Shown here: positions 38,108 to 47,528 of the stretch, piece after piece | How the letters are laid out: the number at the start of each line of letters is the position of its first letter | How positions within the stretch are numbered: position 1 is the stretch's first letter | Assembly (NCBI GenBank): GCA_963712115.1 | Contig: CAVQGX010000008.1 | Location: forward strand, 1-53,762 | Direction: 5' to 3' | Length of the DNA: 53,762 nucleotides | From: an uncultured delta proteobacterium | Lineage (GTDB): Bacteria > Desulfobacterota > Syntrophobacteria > BM002 | The notes under the pieces: model-generated | What the model was told of the DNA's origin: nothing | Database searches by the model: none | The model's input: only the letters and a program-made list of their open reading frames with translations | Position numbers and translations under genes: made by a program

Positions 38108-39166
38108 ATGCGAGTTAAGCTTATTCTGTCCATTATTCTCCTCAACTTTTTCGCTCTCATTTCCCTTGCCGGCGCGGGTTCTCTGAGTAAGGTGTTTAAA
38201 AAGGTTAATCCTGCTGTGGTCGTGATTCTCACCACAGAACGTGGGTATTCGAGCCTGCAGCCCGGACAAACGCTATCGTTTAACAAAGGTGGACTCGGGT
38301 CCGGTGTAGTTATTTCCAAAGATGGCTTAGTTATGACAGCCGCCCATGTGGTCCAGGTGGCAGACGCGGTTGTGGTCAGGTTTCTGGACGGCAGCATGGT
38401 GGGGGCCAAAGTTGTAGGATCTGCTCCCCAAGCTGACGTGGCCCTGCTTCAACTCAATCATCTGCCTGACAATCTTGCAGTGGCGGATTTGGGAGATTCA
38501 GACGATGTGAATATCGGAGATGAGATTTTCGTCATTGGGGCGCCTTACGGCGTGGACCATACTTTGACGGTTGGCTATATGAGCGGTCGAAGGCACCCCG
38601 AAGCTGTCTGTAATTCCTTGCTTCCCATCGAGTTTCTTCAGACCGATGCTGCCATTAACAAAGGCAATTCGGGCGGCCCCATGTTCAGTATGGACGGTAA
38701 GGTTATTGGTATCGTAAGCCGTATTCTTTCCTACTCTGGCGGTTCGGAGGGTCTGGGCTTCGCCGTCAGTATCAACACGTCCAGGGAGTTGCTTCTCAAG
38801 CAAGGATCGGTCTGGACTGGTCTTGAGGCTTATCTGGTATCAGGTCTCTTGGCAAAGGCCCTTAACGTCCCCCAGGAGGCAGGGCTGTTGATTCAAAGGG
38901 TGGCAGACGATTCGCCAGGCCACAGGCTCGGTCTCAGGCCGGGGAATATACCAGTGGAAATTGGTGGAAAACATCTGCTTCTGGGCGGCGATATAGTGCT
39001 AGAAGTCAAAGGTGTAACCGTTTCTGCAGATTTTGAACACACCTGCGAGATTCGACAGAAGGTCGTGGGATTAAACCATGACAATCTTGAGATGAAGGTT
39101 TTGAGGGATGGCAAGGTAGTAGATTTGGCGATTTTCAAAGAAGTAGAAACGATAGAATCAGATTAG
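38108..39166 (+). CDS. HtrA/DegQ-like trypsin protease with PDZ domain
   Basis: Signal peptide, TAAHVV, DVALL, QTDAAINKGNSGGP and GGDIVL. Confidence 0.92.
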   Translation: MRVKLILSIILLNFFALISLAGAGSLSKVFKKVNPAVVVILTTERGYSSLQPGQTLSFNKGGLGSGVVISKDGLVMTAAHVVQVADAVVVRFLDGSMVGAKVVGSAPQADVALLQLNHLPDNLAVADLGDSDDVNIGDEIFVIGAPYGVDHTLTVGYMSGRRHPEAVCNSLLPIEFLQTDAAINKGNSGGPMFSMDGKVIGIVSRILSYSGGSEGLGFAVSINTSRELLLKQGSVWTGLEAYLVSGLLAKALNVPQEAGLLIQRVADDSPGHRLGLRPGNIPVEIGGKHLLLGGDIVLEVKGVTVSADFEHTCEIRQKVVGLNHDNLEMKVLRDGKVVDLAIFKEVETIESD

Positions 39167-39218
39167 ACCAAATCTTAAATCCGCAATCCGCAATCCGAGA
39201 TCCGCAATTTTTGTCTCT

Positions 39219-39794
39219 CTAAGGCGCTTTCCATGTAACTTCACCGTCTTTACCAAGTAGAACAAAGGAAGAGATGGTACCCTTCTCAATGGTGCCTGTT
39301 CTCTTTATCTTGGTTAAGTCCATGGTGCCGAGGACTGCACGTTCATTTTCGCCCTGATCATAGAGAACCAGGTAGGGATCACCCTTATCGTTTAGAGATA
39401 GAGAGATGCGCTCTTTGCCCGCTTGATCTCGCAGGGCGAGATAGGGTTGTCTCTCAGCTCCCAATCCAACAGTTGCTCGATGGACGCCGTCTTTGTCAGC
39501 AAAGGTTAGCACTGGACCTGCTTCAGGCGATGTCAGACTAAAGACCGCACGGAATTGTCCATTCTTGCTGAACAACACTATCCCAGGACCGCCTGCATAC
39601 ATTCCCCAAGAGGAGAGAATTCTTCCTTCTTTATCGATCAAACGAAACTCCTCCGCCTCAACAATTTTTTGCGGCTCCGACGTCTTTGCCGCCAGGACAG
39701 GAGCTGTTACCAAGAAATGGCTGACAAGAATGCCCCCAGCCAGCCCGGCAGTCAATGCTAGCAGAAGTATTAGGCTATATATTCTTCTGTTCAT
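39219..39794 (-). CDS. Hypothetical exported protein with D-x-x-G-x-x-R repeats
   Basis: N-terminal anchor, EAEEFRLIDKEG, repeated units, ends VTWKAP. Confidence 0.75.
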   Translation of the reverse strand: MNRRIYSLILLLALTAGLAGGILVSHFLVTAPVLAAKTSEPQKIVEAEEFRLIDKEGRILSSWGMYAGGPGIVLFSKNGQFRAVFSLTSPEAGPVLTFADKDGVHRATVGLGAERQPYLALRDQAGKERISLSLNDKGDPYLVLYDQGENERAVLGTMDLTKIKRTGTIEKGTISSFVLLGKDGEVTWKAP

Positions 39795-39895
39795 TTCCTT
39801 CTCCTTTATTTGATCATAGAAAACGTGGTCCTCTGGGTTAGGTAAAGTTTCAATAGAACCTTAAGATTTCTACACCACCGTGTTCTGTAATCGGG

Positions 39896-40714
39896 TTAAA
39901 GATCTATGGTAACCTCGTCATCATCTGGAGCTCCTTGTAGCACCTGGTCCAGAAATTCTACCGGGTAAATCCTCACAAAGGCCTCAAGAATATCTTCCCG
40001 CGGAGCCACAGCAACTTCAATCTTCATCCTTGTCATCAATCGTAGAGCCTGAATCGCATCTGAGTCCAGGGGGTTGGCCATAGCTACCAAAAGCTTGCCC
40101 TCAGATTTCTTGACCGGCACGAGTAAGTGGGTTTTTGCTACCTTTACAGGTATGAGTGAAGTGACCTCTTGGGGTATTTCTCGGTCTTTCAAGCGTATCA
40201 GTGGAACCTTCAGCTGTTTGGCCAGGGATCTGGCTATGCTCAAATCATCCAGGATTCCTGTGTCAAGGAGCATCTGGTCAATTGTTTGGCTCTTTTCTTC
40301 CTCTCCTAACACCCTCAGCAAGGTGAATTCATCAACAATCCCTGCCTCAATCAAATACTCCCCTAACTGTTGCACTCCCCTGGAAGTTGTGGAACTCCCA
40401 TCTAAGTCAGTCTTGCCACTCTCTTCTTCCCTAAAAAAGCGCAGCACCGTGCTGCCGATTTTGACTCTGTCTCCACTGAGAAGTATTGCCTTTTCCACCT
40501 TCTCTCCGTTAACAAAAGTGCCGTTTCTGCTACCCAGGTCTTTCACCACAATACGACCTTTAACCCGGCCAACCACAGCATGCTGCTTGGACACCATGCG
40601 GTCCGCTAGCGTAACGTCGTTGGTAGAATGCCTGCCGATAGTGAGCCTCTGGTAGAAGGGAAAGACTCCTTTTTCAGTGCTGCCGCTTTCAAGGATAAAG
40701 CAAGATTTAATCAT
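39896..40714 (-). CDS. FHA domain plus MshEN/GspE-N-like domain protein, no ATPase
   Basis: IGRHSTND, VSKQHA and DLGSRNGT; QLGEYLIEAG...LAKQ and LLVAMANPLD. Confidence 0.82.
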   Translation of the reverse strand: MIKSCFILESGSTEKGVFPFYQRLTIGRHSTNDVTLADRMVSKQHAVVGRVKGRIVVKDLGSRNGTFVNGEKVEKAILLSGDRVKIGSTVLRFFREEESGKTDLDGSSTTSRGVQQLGEYLIEAGIVDEFTLLRVLGEEEKSQTIDQMLLDTGILDDLSIARSLAKQLKVPLIRLKDREIPQEVTSLIPVKVAKTHLLVPVKKSEGKLLVAMANPLDSDAIQALRLMTRMKIEVAVAPREDILEAFVRIYPVEFLDQVLQGAPDDDEVTIDL

Positions 40715-40807
40715 CCTCGCCTCCTGCAAAAGCAGGTCTTAGTAATTTAGTGACTCAATGGCGGGTATCGCTGCTGCGAGTCATCACTGATCCTTTGTAA
40801 TTAATTC

Positions 40808-41182
40808 TCAATAGCCCGAGCTATCAATAACAATCTGATCAAAACTCTCGGGGCAATATACCTCTTGCACTGTCTTTCCTGGGCCTATTTCAACGTAATC
40901 AGTCTGCGTCACAGTTGAGCCTTGATGAAAACTAATTGAGAGGGTCTGTATCGAATCTGCTGAGGGAAGCGGCGCTGCAGTGATCGAAAAAACGTCTCCA
41001 CTCTCGGAGAAGTCAAGATCGTGGATCCTTGTGTTTTTGAGCACACTACTGGCGATTACCAATGTTATCACCTCACCACGGGGAGTATGTATGCGACGGC
41101 TGCTGTCGGCCAGAGCACTAGAAGGTAAGGTTAGAGCTAGTAAAGTTAAGGCCAAAACAAGAATGATTGATCTGTTCATCAT
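40808..41182 (-). CDS. Hypothetical secreted protein
   Basis: Signal peptide ending ALA; GAGGAG RBS. Confidence 0.65.
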   Translation of the reverse strand: MMNRSIILVLALTLLALTLPSSALADSSRRIHTPRGEVITLVIASSVLKNTRIHDLDFSESGDVFSITAAPLPSADSIQTLSISFHQGSTVTQTDYVEIGPGKTVQEVYCPESFDQIVIDSSGY

Positions 41183-41278
41183 CTTTCTCCTCAACACTTT
41201 TCCCCTCAAGCCTAATCTTTCAATTCCAGCCTGGTTCTTTTGTCTCGATCTGCTTTATTTAACGAACTCAAATTCAGA

Positions 41279-41294
41279 TGCAAGGGTCATACCT
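41279..41294 (-). promoter_or_regulatory. Putative sigma54 promoter
   Basis: AGGTATGACCCTTGCA. Confidence 0.55.
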
Positions 41295-41334
41295 TTTTAG
41301 GCGCTGCTTAATGCTTCTGCCTGCTCTCTTGCTC

Positions 41335-41350
41335 TGGCACAATACTTGCT
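41335..41350 (+). promoter_or_regulatory. Consensus sigma54 promoter
   Basis: TGGCACAATACTTGCT. Confidence 0.75.
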
Positions 41351-41430
41351 CGCTTGACATGACGTTAGCGTTTAGCAAGAGTGACCAGTTCTTAGCCCAA
41401 ATATATGAGCTCGCTACTACGGGGACAACA

Positions 41431-41568
41431 ATGACCGCAAAGGTTATTGATTTTGAGGAAAAACGGAAGGAAAGGGATCGAGAGCAGATAGCGGCCAAAA
41501 TCAACGAATATTATCGCCAATTGCTTGAACGAGGCTGGATTGTTTGCAGACCCGAGAAGGAAAAATAA
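41431..41568 (+). CDS. 45-aa small protein MTAKVIDFEEKRKER...
   Basis: GGGGA RBS, upstream sigma54 motif, charged helical composition. Confidence 0.55.
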   Translation: MTAKVIDFEEKRKERDREQIAAKINEYYRQLLERGWIVCRPEKEK

Positions 41569-41618
41569 CAAAGCTTGTTTTCGGGATGTTGGTGTCGGAA
41601 TTTGGTGGGAGATAGAAA

Positions 41619-42185
41619 ATGATACAAAAATGGCTGCTCATGATATTTGCAAGTATTTTATTGACGTTCTCTGTAGCTCCATCGTCCAATGCAGCATATT
41701 TTGTATTTAATAAGAAAGGAAACATACGCTCGGGCCCTGGGACCAAGTACAGAGTCATAGGCCAACTGGCAAAGGAAACAATAGCTGAAATACCCGAAAC
41801 CTTTAATGACTTTAAAGCCAAATGGATAGCCATTGATGCCAAAACTGAACTCGATAAGAAAACAAAAGCCGAAAAAGTCGTTTTCACCAAATGGGTGCAC
41901 AGAAGCCTCGGTGTGGTGATTCAGGGTGATCTAAATGAGGTAGACAAGTATTTCGCCATTAAGGAGTCGGGTTGGCCGGAAGAGATGCAGGAGTTAATTC
42001 TGGCGGGTAAAGTGGTCGTAGGGATGAATACCCATATGGTGTTTTACGCCTGGGGAAGACCGGATAGAGTAGAAGAGAAAAGCGCTGCCGACGAAACCTC
42101 GGAAATGTGGGTCTATGAAAAGCAAGGCCCTAAAACACAATACCTTCATTTCAGGGACGGAATTTTGACAAACATAAGGGATTAG
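41619..42185 (+). CDS. Secreted protein with bacterial SH3-like domain
   Basis: Signal peptide, NIRSGPGTKYRVIGQL and GMN...AWGRPD...WVY tail. Confidence 0.75.
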   Translation: MIQKWLLMIFASILLTFSVAPSSNAAYFVFNKKGNIRSGPGTKYRVIGQLAKETIAEIPETFNDFKAKWIAIDAKTELDKKTKAEKVVFTKWVHRSLGVVIQGDLNEVDKYFAIKESGWPEEMQELILAGKVVVGMNTHMVFYAWGRPDRVEEKSAADETSEMWVYEKQGPKTQYLHFRDGILTNIRD

Positions 42186-42279
42186 ACTTAAAGAAAAAAA
42201 GCAAAGCCCTCAGGCAGATGAGAGCCTTGCTTCATTATTCTTGACGTGGATGAGGTGCTTATTTTTTCTTATGAGGCGG

Positions 42280-43660
42280 CTATTTTCCTTGTTCTATGGG
42301 CGAAATGGCCACATCGATCCTACGGTTGATCGCTCGCCCCTCGGAAGTCTCATTGGATGCCAGAGGCCGGCTTGAGCCGTATCCAACTGACGATATCTTC
42401 CATTCTGGCAAGGTCCCATTGGCCACAAAGTATTGACGAACTGATTCTGCCCTTTGCTGGGACAAGTGTTCGTTTACCTCGTCAGATCCTGTACTGTCAG
42501 TATGCCCTTCAATGACAACATCCGGTTGGCCAAAAGTCTTGATTGCTCTCTGGACCTTGCTCAGAAGTGCGTAATTGCTCGGCATGATAACGGACTGACC
42601 AACGGGAAACTGGATTTCCCTTAAACGGATTATCAATCTATTGCCTTGTTTGTAGACCTCCGCTTCATCCGTGTCAAAGTAGCCTTTGACCTCACTGAAC
42701 AGTTCATTGAACCGTTTTTCAGCCTCCAATCGGTTTTTAGCAGCTTCTTCTTCCTTTGTCTTTCCTTCCAGGAGGGCAATCTCTTTTCTCATGGTTTCTA
42801 TTTCAGCCAGACGAGCTTTCTCTTGGCTTGCCATAAATTTACGATCTTCCTGGGCAGCATCTATCGAGCCAAGAATATTTTCAACTTGTGTCTGGAATGT
42901 CTTGTTACGCATGTCAGGCGCGGATAACTGGCTTGCCATCTTCTCCAGCATGCCTTCCACCCAGAGCGTAATCTGCTCCGGTTCCATGTCTCGAACCTTT
43001 TTACTCTGCCCGTTAACTTGAAGAAGACGCTGAGCTTGAAACAGTGCTTCGCTGGATTTTTCCTGTATCTTTTCTCTCTCATAACGATGTTGGGAAATAA
43101 ATGCATCTGCATTTTTCAGTTCCTGCTGCGCAATCAGTAAAGTCCGAGGGGCAATCTTTCGAGCGCCCTCCCCCTCTGCCTCCTTGATTAACTTTCGAGC
43201 TTCACTGAGTTTCTGTTCTTTGATCGCTCGCACTTCAAGTTCATCAAAGATAGTGGCAACTTTATGTCTGTTATTTTGCGCATAATTCAGGTCGTTGTTT
43301 TCTATCGCTCGCGTCAATTTGAGAAATTGATCTTCTGCTTCGACATAATCCCCGCCCAAACTTGTGGCGCCTGCAGTCCGGGCCAGCTCTCGAGCTTTGA
43401 TTGCGTCGGGCAATGTCGTCCTTGCCACTTGTGCCATCTCCTGAGCACGTTCGAGTTGGAAACGTCCAGAGCTGATCTTTTCAGTAATTTCTGAAAGTTC
43501 ATCTCCACCCTGCAGCGCCTCCTTGGCATCATTAAGATATTCCTCGGCTCTTGCAAAGGAGGTTGGTGCCAGAACATTGAGCTGGTCCTTTCGGGCATTG
43601 GCGATGTCGCTGTCGAATCGGTTTACTTCCTCCGCTGGATTCAACGTCTTGGCAATTGAG
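42280..43660 (-). pseudogene. OmpA-domain coiled-coil protein, paralogue of 28316-29818, apparently 5'-truncated
   Basis: Colinear with the paralogue (KARELAR-AGATS, FPVG--VIMPSNY-LLSK) but has no signal peptide or good start/RBS; the ORF opens at TTG 43644. Confidence 0.65.
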
Positions 43661-43915
43661 ATGAGAATGTGGAAATAAACTGTTGATATAGTAGCAAAGG
43701 AGTGAAGAATTGTGCAACAAAAAAATAAGATAAGAGGAATCTTTACTTATGAAGTATAGCCAAAATATAGAACTACATAATTTTTTATCATCTGTGCCCC
43801 CTTGGTGGGGCAGCAAGGGCTTAATTAATCACCTCCTTTTGAGATTTCCATTGCCGCCAGCAATTCGTCTATTTCTTCGGTAATCTGCACGAGCTAACTA
43901 CTTTTCCTTAAAGAT

Positions 43916-44479
43916 TTAACGCATTATTCTAAGAGATTCCACACTCTTTGTTATACGCTCGCTGGTTGACGTCATTTCCAGAAAACTTTGTTTTTCCTCC
44001 ATGCTAAAGACATCGTTATAAGAAATCACAAAAGATATGGTTTTATGATCCATTCTTGACAGTGATCTGTAATCCCTTTTCTTGCCAGTCATGACATCTA
44101 ACTGTTCAAGTAGCTTGATGCCCTCAGCGATCAAATTGTCAACCCCTTCTTCCCTTTCGTCATCGAAATAAACTACCCTTGCCTGCAAATAGGGTTTGTC
44201 TTCGTAAATATTCTCTATTACGAAGCGGTTTACTCCCTGGGTCATTATGTCCAGACGCCCATCATCAAAGCGTCTTAGCACTTGTACTATCCTGGCTGTA
44301 CAGCCGATTTTTTTCATATCGCTGCCTTTTTGATAAACCACGCCAAATTCTTTTTTTTGCTCTAGGCACTCACCGATCATCAGCTTGTATCTTTCCTCAA
44401 AGATGTGCAGCGGCAAAGGCATCGACGGCAGCAGCACTAATTCGAGGGGAAAGAGGGGAATTGTTGCTTCACCAACCAT
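43916..44479 (-). CDS. Lon N-terminal (substrate-binding) domain protein
   Basis: IPLFPLELVLLP, LPLHIFEERY, GCTARI and DGRLDI; GGAG RBS. Confidence 0.85.
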   Translation of the reverse strand: MVGEATIPLFPLELVLLPSMPLPLHIFEERYKLMIGECLEQKKEFGVVYQKGSDMKKIGCTARIVQVLRRFDDGRLDIMTQGVNRFVIENIYEDKPYLQARVVYFDDEREEGVDNLIAEGIKLLEQLDVMTGKKRDYRSLSRMDHKTISFVISYNDVFSMEEKQSFLEMTSTSERITKSVESLRIMR

Positions 44480-44509
44480 GAAGTTGCTCCATGCTGACGG
44501 CTCAAGGCC

Positions 44510-44660
44510 TGTGTTAGCTAGCAGCAGACAGCAGGCAGCAAGCAGTTCGACAAGGTTCAAAGTTTTTTGAATGATCTGAGGCTTATTTTCAAACTTGAAA
44601 CTTTGAACTTTAAACTTTGAACTTAACGCTATGCCCCATGCTCTATGCCCTATGCCATCT
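44510..44660. repeat. Heptamer tandem repeats
   Basis: (AGCAGGC)-like, (AACTTTG)n with an inverted partner, and (CTATGCC)n. Confidence 0.7.
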
Positions 44661-44748
44661 TATGTTTCAAACCTCTTCGCATTGAAAAGCGACTGATTAC
44701 CATTATCACCTAGAAAGGGAGGTAAGAGAACAGACAGGGAGCAAATAC

Positions 44749-44945
44749 TTAGCCCGGATGTTTCATGAATTGATGTCGCGAGAACATGAAGATGGCCGTG
44801 CCACCGGGTAACCGTCCCGCGGTACCGCGGGATTGGTTCCGAGGCGTACCTAAACGGTACGTCGCAGGAGCCAACACCCGAGGACGCCCGGAAGGACGAC
44901 CATATCCGGGGTCGCAGCAAGCAATTCATGAAAGATCCGGGTTAG
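44749..44945 (+). mobile_element. MITE-like element, copy 4 (TTAG direct repeats; nested palindrome TCCCGCGGTACCGCGGGA)
   Basis: TTAG-CCCGGATGTTTCATGAAT...ATTCATGAAAGATCCGGG-TTAG. Confidence 0.82.
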
Positions 44946-44987
44946 GCCCATGGAGGATTTAGAGGATTTAATGCATATGAGATACAA

Positions 44988-45362
44988 TCAAGTTTTCTTT
45001 TTGCCTTTCGTCTTTACAAATCTCTGAAACTCATCTTTTAACTTTCCCACCTGGTTTGTGTTGTAAGAAATGAGATTTTTAAGATGAAAAAACGCGTCCA
45101 TGTCAAGATCTTTAAATTGAATTGCCATGCCTATAGTTTCATGGCGCATTATTTTCCCGTCCAAAAGAATGGAAAGTTGAGATGAAGTTCCGGTAAATAA
45201 TAACTCAATCTTGACGATCCTATTGAGGTTTAGTTTCTCTGGCGTTTTCAGGAATATCCCGTCCAAACTCAAATTTTCCACAATGCCAATTACGGTGGCA
45301 TCCTTGGACCTGACTATCGCTTTGGTCTGGAAGGGGATTCTGTCAAAATTTCTTTTTTCCAT
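44988..45362 (-). CDS. Single-domain PilZ protein
   Basis: EKRNFDR, NLSLDG, GMAIQF and HLKNLISYN. Confidence 0.85.
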   Translation of the reverse strand: MEKRNFDRIPFQTKAIVRSKDATVIGIVENLSLDGIFLKTPEKLNLNRIVKIELLFTGTSSQLSILLDGKIMRHETIGMAIQFKDLDMDAFFHLKNLISYNTNQVGKLKDEFQRFVKTKGKKKT

Positions 45363-45494
45363 GCAGTCCTTCTCCAGCGATTTTAGGGAATATTGGAATA
45401 GTGGAAACTGGGAACCCGCTTGCGGGAATGCCTGATTTGATATAGCAAGGGTGGGCCATATCCAACTTCCGCTTTATCAGCCAATACCTGATAA

Positions 45495-45510
45495 TGCAGC
45501 TGATTTGCCA
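45495..45510 (-). promoter_or_regulatory. Putative sigma54 promoter
   Basis: TGGCAAATCAGCTGCA. Confidence 0.5.
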
Positions 45511-45550
45511 CTTCAAGCAGGATAGCTTTTGATACTGAGAGAAAACAGAT

Positions 45551-45726
45551 TTAACCCTCATATTTCATGAATTGCTGTCGCGAGACGCGAAGATGGGCGT
45601 GTCGCCTGGCACCCGCAGGGTGTTGGTTCCGAGGCGTACCTGAACGGTACGTCGCGGGGCCCCGAGGACGCCAGGAAGGACGGCCATATCCGTGGTCGCA
45701 GCAGGTATTCATGAAATATGGGTTAA
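45551..45726 (+). mobile_element. MITE-like element, copy 5 (TTAA flanks)
   Basis: TTAA-CCCTCATATTTCATGAAT...ATTCATGAAATATGGG-TTAA. Confidence 0.8.
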
Positions 45727-45769
45727 ACCTATTTGGATTTGCCCGAATTAGCAACCCGGATGTTTGTAG

Positions 45770-46195
45770 TTATCCGCCCGGTACTTTCTTTTTCTCTTCT
45801 GTCAGATCTATAACCAGGGTACTCAATGTCTGCAAAAGATCGGCCTCGACGTTTAGTGACTTGAAGTGCTCCAAAGAGGCTTGAGCAATAAACTTTCGCG
45901 CCTCACTTGAGATTGTTATGAAGCGGACTCCCATGCCACGAGGCGAGATCTCATCGTCAGGACCGTAGATGTTGGACCATACCACCTCCGCCGTAGCTTT
46001 TATAGAACCCTTAGACTTAGGAATCTTAATGGCCAATTCAAAGACGACATTTAACCTGAGCGGTCTTCGGCAAGTGATAAAGCACCCGTCAGGAGTGATG
46101 TTCCTCGTCACTCCTTCGGTGGATCCTTCTTCAGTCTTAATAGCAACAGGCCATTTGAGCTTGGCTCTCGGGTATGCGCGTCGGTCTTTTGACAT
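45770..46195 (-). CDS. Single-domain PilZ protein
   Basis: DRRAYPR, NITPDG and RGMGVRF. Confidence 0.85.
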   Translation of the reverse strand: MSKDRRAYPRAKLKWPVAIKTEEGSTEGVTRNITPDGCFITCRRPLRLNVVFELAIKIPKSKGSIKATAEVVWSNIYGPDDEISPRGMGVRFITISSEARKFIAQASLEHFKSLNVEADLLQTLSTLVIDLTEEKKKVPGG

Positions 46196-46296
46196 TATTC
46201 ACCTCTCCACTGTAGGAGTAAGTTGTGCAGCATCCCATCGGTAGCAGTCCAACTGAGCGCTGTTACCGCCAGATGCTACGCCATAACAAAAGATAT

Positions 46297-46312
46297 TGCA
46301 AGATCTGATCCA
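46297..46312 (-). promoter_or_regulatory. Putative sigma54 promoter
   Basis: TGGATCAGATCTTGCA. Confidence 0.5.
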
Positions 46313-46436
46313 GATTATGGTTTGCCCTCCGTTAGGTTGACTCTCCTTTCTGAATGTTTATATATCTTTTATAGTTCTGGTAACCAGGCTTGATAATTGT
46401 TTGGTTTGGAAAGAACGTTTCACGAGGAGACTAGTC

Positions 46437-46907
46437 ATGAGGCTTCATTTAAGACCCACTATATTTATTTTCGCTCTAATCTTGGCCTTCACCAGCAGCA
46501 ATCTGCTGGCAGCCGGCACGAGCAGCCAGCAAAGTCGAAGACCTTCCGTTGATCCAGAGTTTAAGGCCGGCCAAAAAGCAGTTAAAGCAAGAGATTACGA
46601 TTCGGCATTAGTCCACCTTTCTAAAGCCCTGGAAAAAGATCCAAATAGCGCCGATACTCACAATTTGCTTGGCTATAGCTACAGAAAACTTGGTAATACC
46701 GACAAAGCCTTCGAACATTACCGTATCGCATTGAGGATCAACCCCAAACATCGCGGTGCCAATGAGTATCTGGGAGAGCTCTATCTGGAGACCGGTCAAC
46801 TGGCCAATGCTGAAGAGCGCTTGGCAGTGCTCGATAAAGCCTGTCCCTGGGCTAGCAAACCTTCATATTTATCTGCAAAGCGTCATGGAACTGTTTGTTT
46901 AAACTAA
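46437..46907 (+). CDS. Secreted TPR protein, C-terminus possibly replaced
   Basis: Signal peptide, NLLGYSYRKLG and HRGANEYLGELYL; AGGAG RBS. Confidence 0.75.
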   Translation: MRLHLRPTIFIFALILAFTSSNLLAAGTSSQQSRRPSVDPEFKAGQKAVKARDYDSALVHLSKALEKDPNSADTHNLLGYSYRKLGNTDKAFEHYRIALRINPKHRGANEYLGELYLETGQLANAEERLAVLDKACPWASKPSYLSAKRHGTVCLN

Positions 46908-46930
46908 ATTGTAAAATCGGGGGATGTTAG

Positions 46931-47446
46931 ATGAAGAGGACTGCCCTTATTACAATTGGACTTATTGTTTATGTAAGCGTAACGGCTATTGCTGCAACGG
47001 AAGAGGTGATTTCTAAAAATAATGAATATGGAGGTCTAACAAAACAAATTATTTACTCAGAAAAAGATCCAGACTTCAAGAAAGGCATGTATAAAATAAT
47101 TGCTTCCTACGATAATGAGGGAAGCAAGAAAAAAATGGAAATCTATGCCACAGAGAGTCACTCAGAAGAACAGGGCTGGTACAAGAAGGTAATCTACTAC
47201 TGGGGAAGAAAAAAGGTCAGCGAGGCCTATTCAACAGACAGCGACTCCGAGAAGTACGGATTCCACCGGATGGTCTCTTACTTTGACAAAGATAATATAT
47301 TGGAAAAAAGAGAATATTATCTGAATAAAGACACTACTGCTGCTAAACTGGGAGTCTTCAAAAGAGTTGTCCATTATGACAACAGAGGGAAAGTAACTCA
47401 TGTGGAAGATTTAGATCAGAGGGGCAACCTTGTCCTGATAGAATAA
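46931..47446 (+). CDS. Hypothetical secreted protein with YD-like short repeats
   Basis: Signal peptide; SYDNEG, YFDKDN and HYDNRG repeats. Confidence 0.7.
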   Translation: MKRTALITIGLIVYVSVTAIAATEEVISKNNEYGGLTKQIIYSEKDPDFKKGMYKIIASYDNEGSKKKMEIYATESHSEEQGWYKKVIYYWGRKKVSEAYSTDSDSEKYGFHRMVSYFDKDNILEKREYYLNKDTTAAKLGVFKRVVHYDNRGKVTHVEDLDQRGNLVLIE

Positions 47447-47454
47447 ACGACTCT

Positions 47455-47528
47455 CCAGCGCGGATATTTCATGAATTCACGCCCTGGCGTGACTGCGACC
47501 ACGGCAATTCATCAAATATCCGGGCTAG
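47455..47528. mobile_element. Internally deleted MITE copy with TCACGCC-CT-GGCGTGA insert
   Basis: CGGATATTTCATGAAT...ATTCATCAAATATCCGGG-CTAG; the CTAG overlaps the stop codon of the next gene. Confidence 0.72.

Noticed and set aside
40755-40765. 11-mer TCAATGGCGGG shared with about 53395
   Set aside because: Too short to exceed chance in 54 kb, and flanks do not align.
45444-45458. TGGCCCACCCTTGCT as a sigma54 promoter
   Set aside because: The GG-to-GC spacing is 9, not the required 10.
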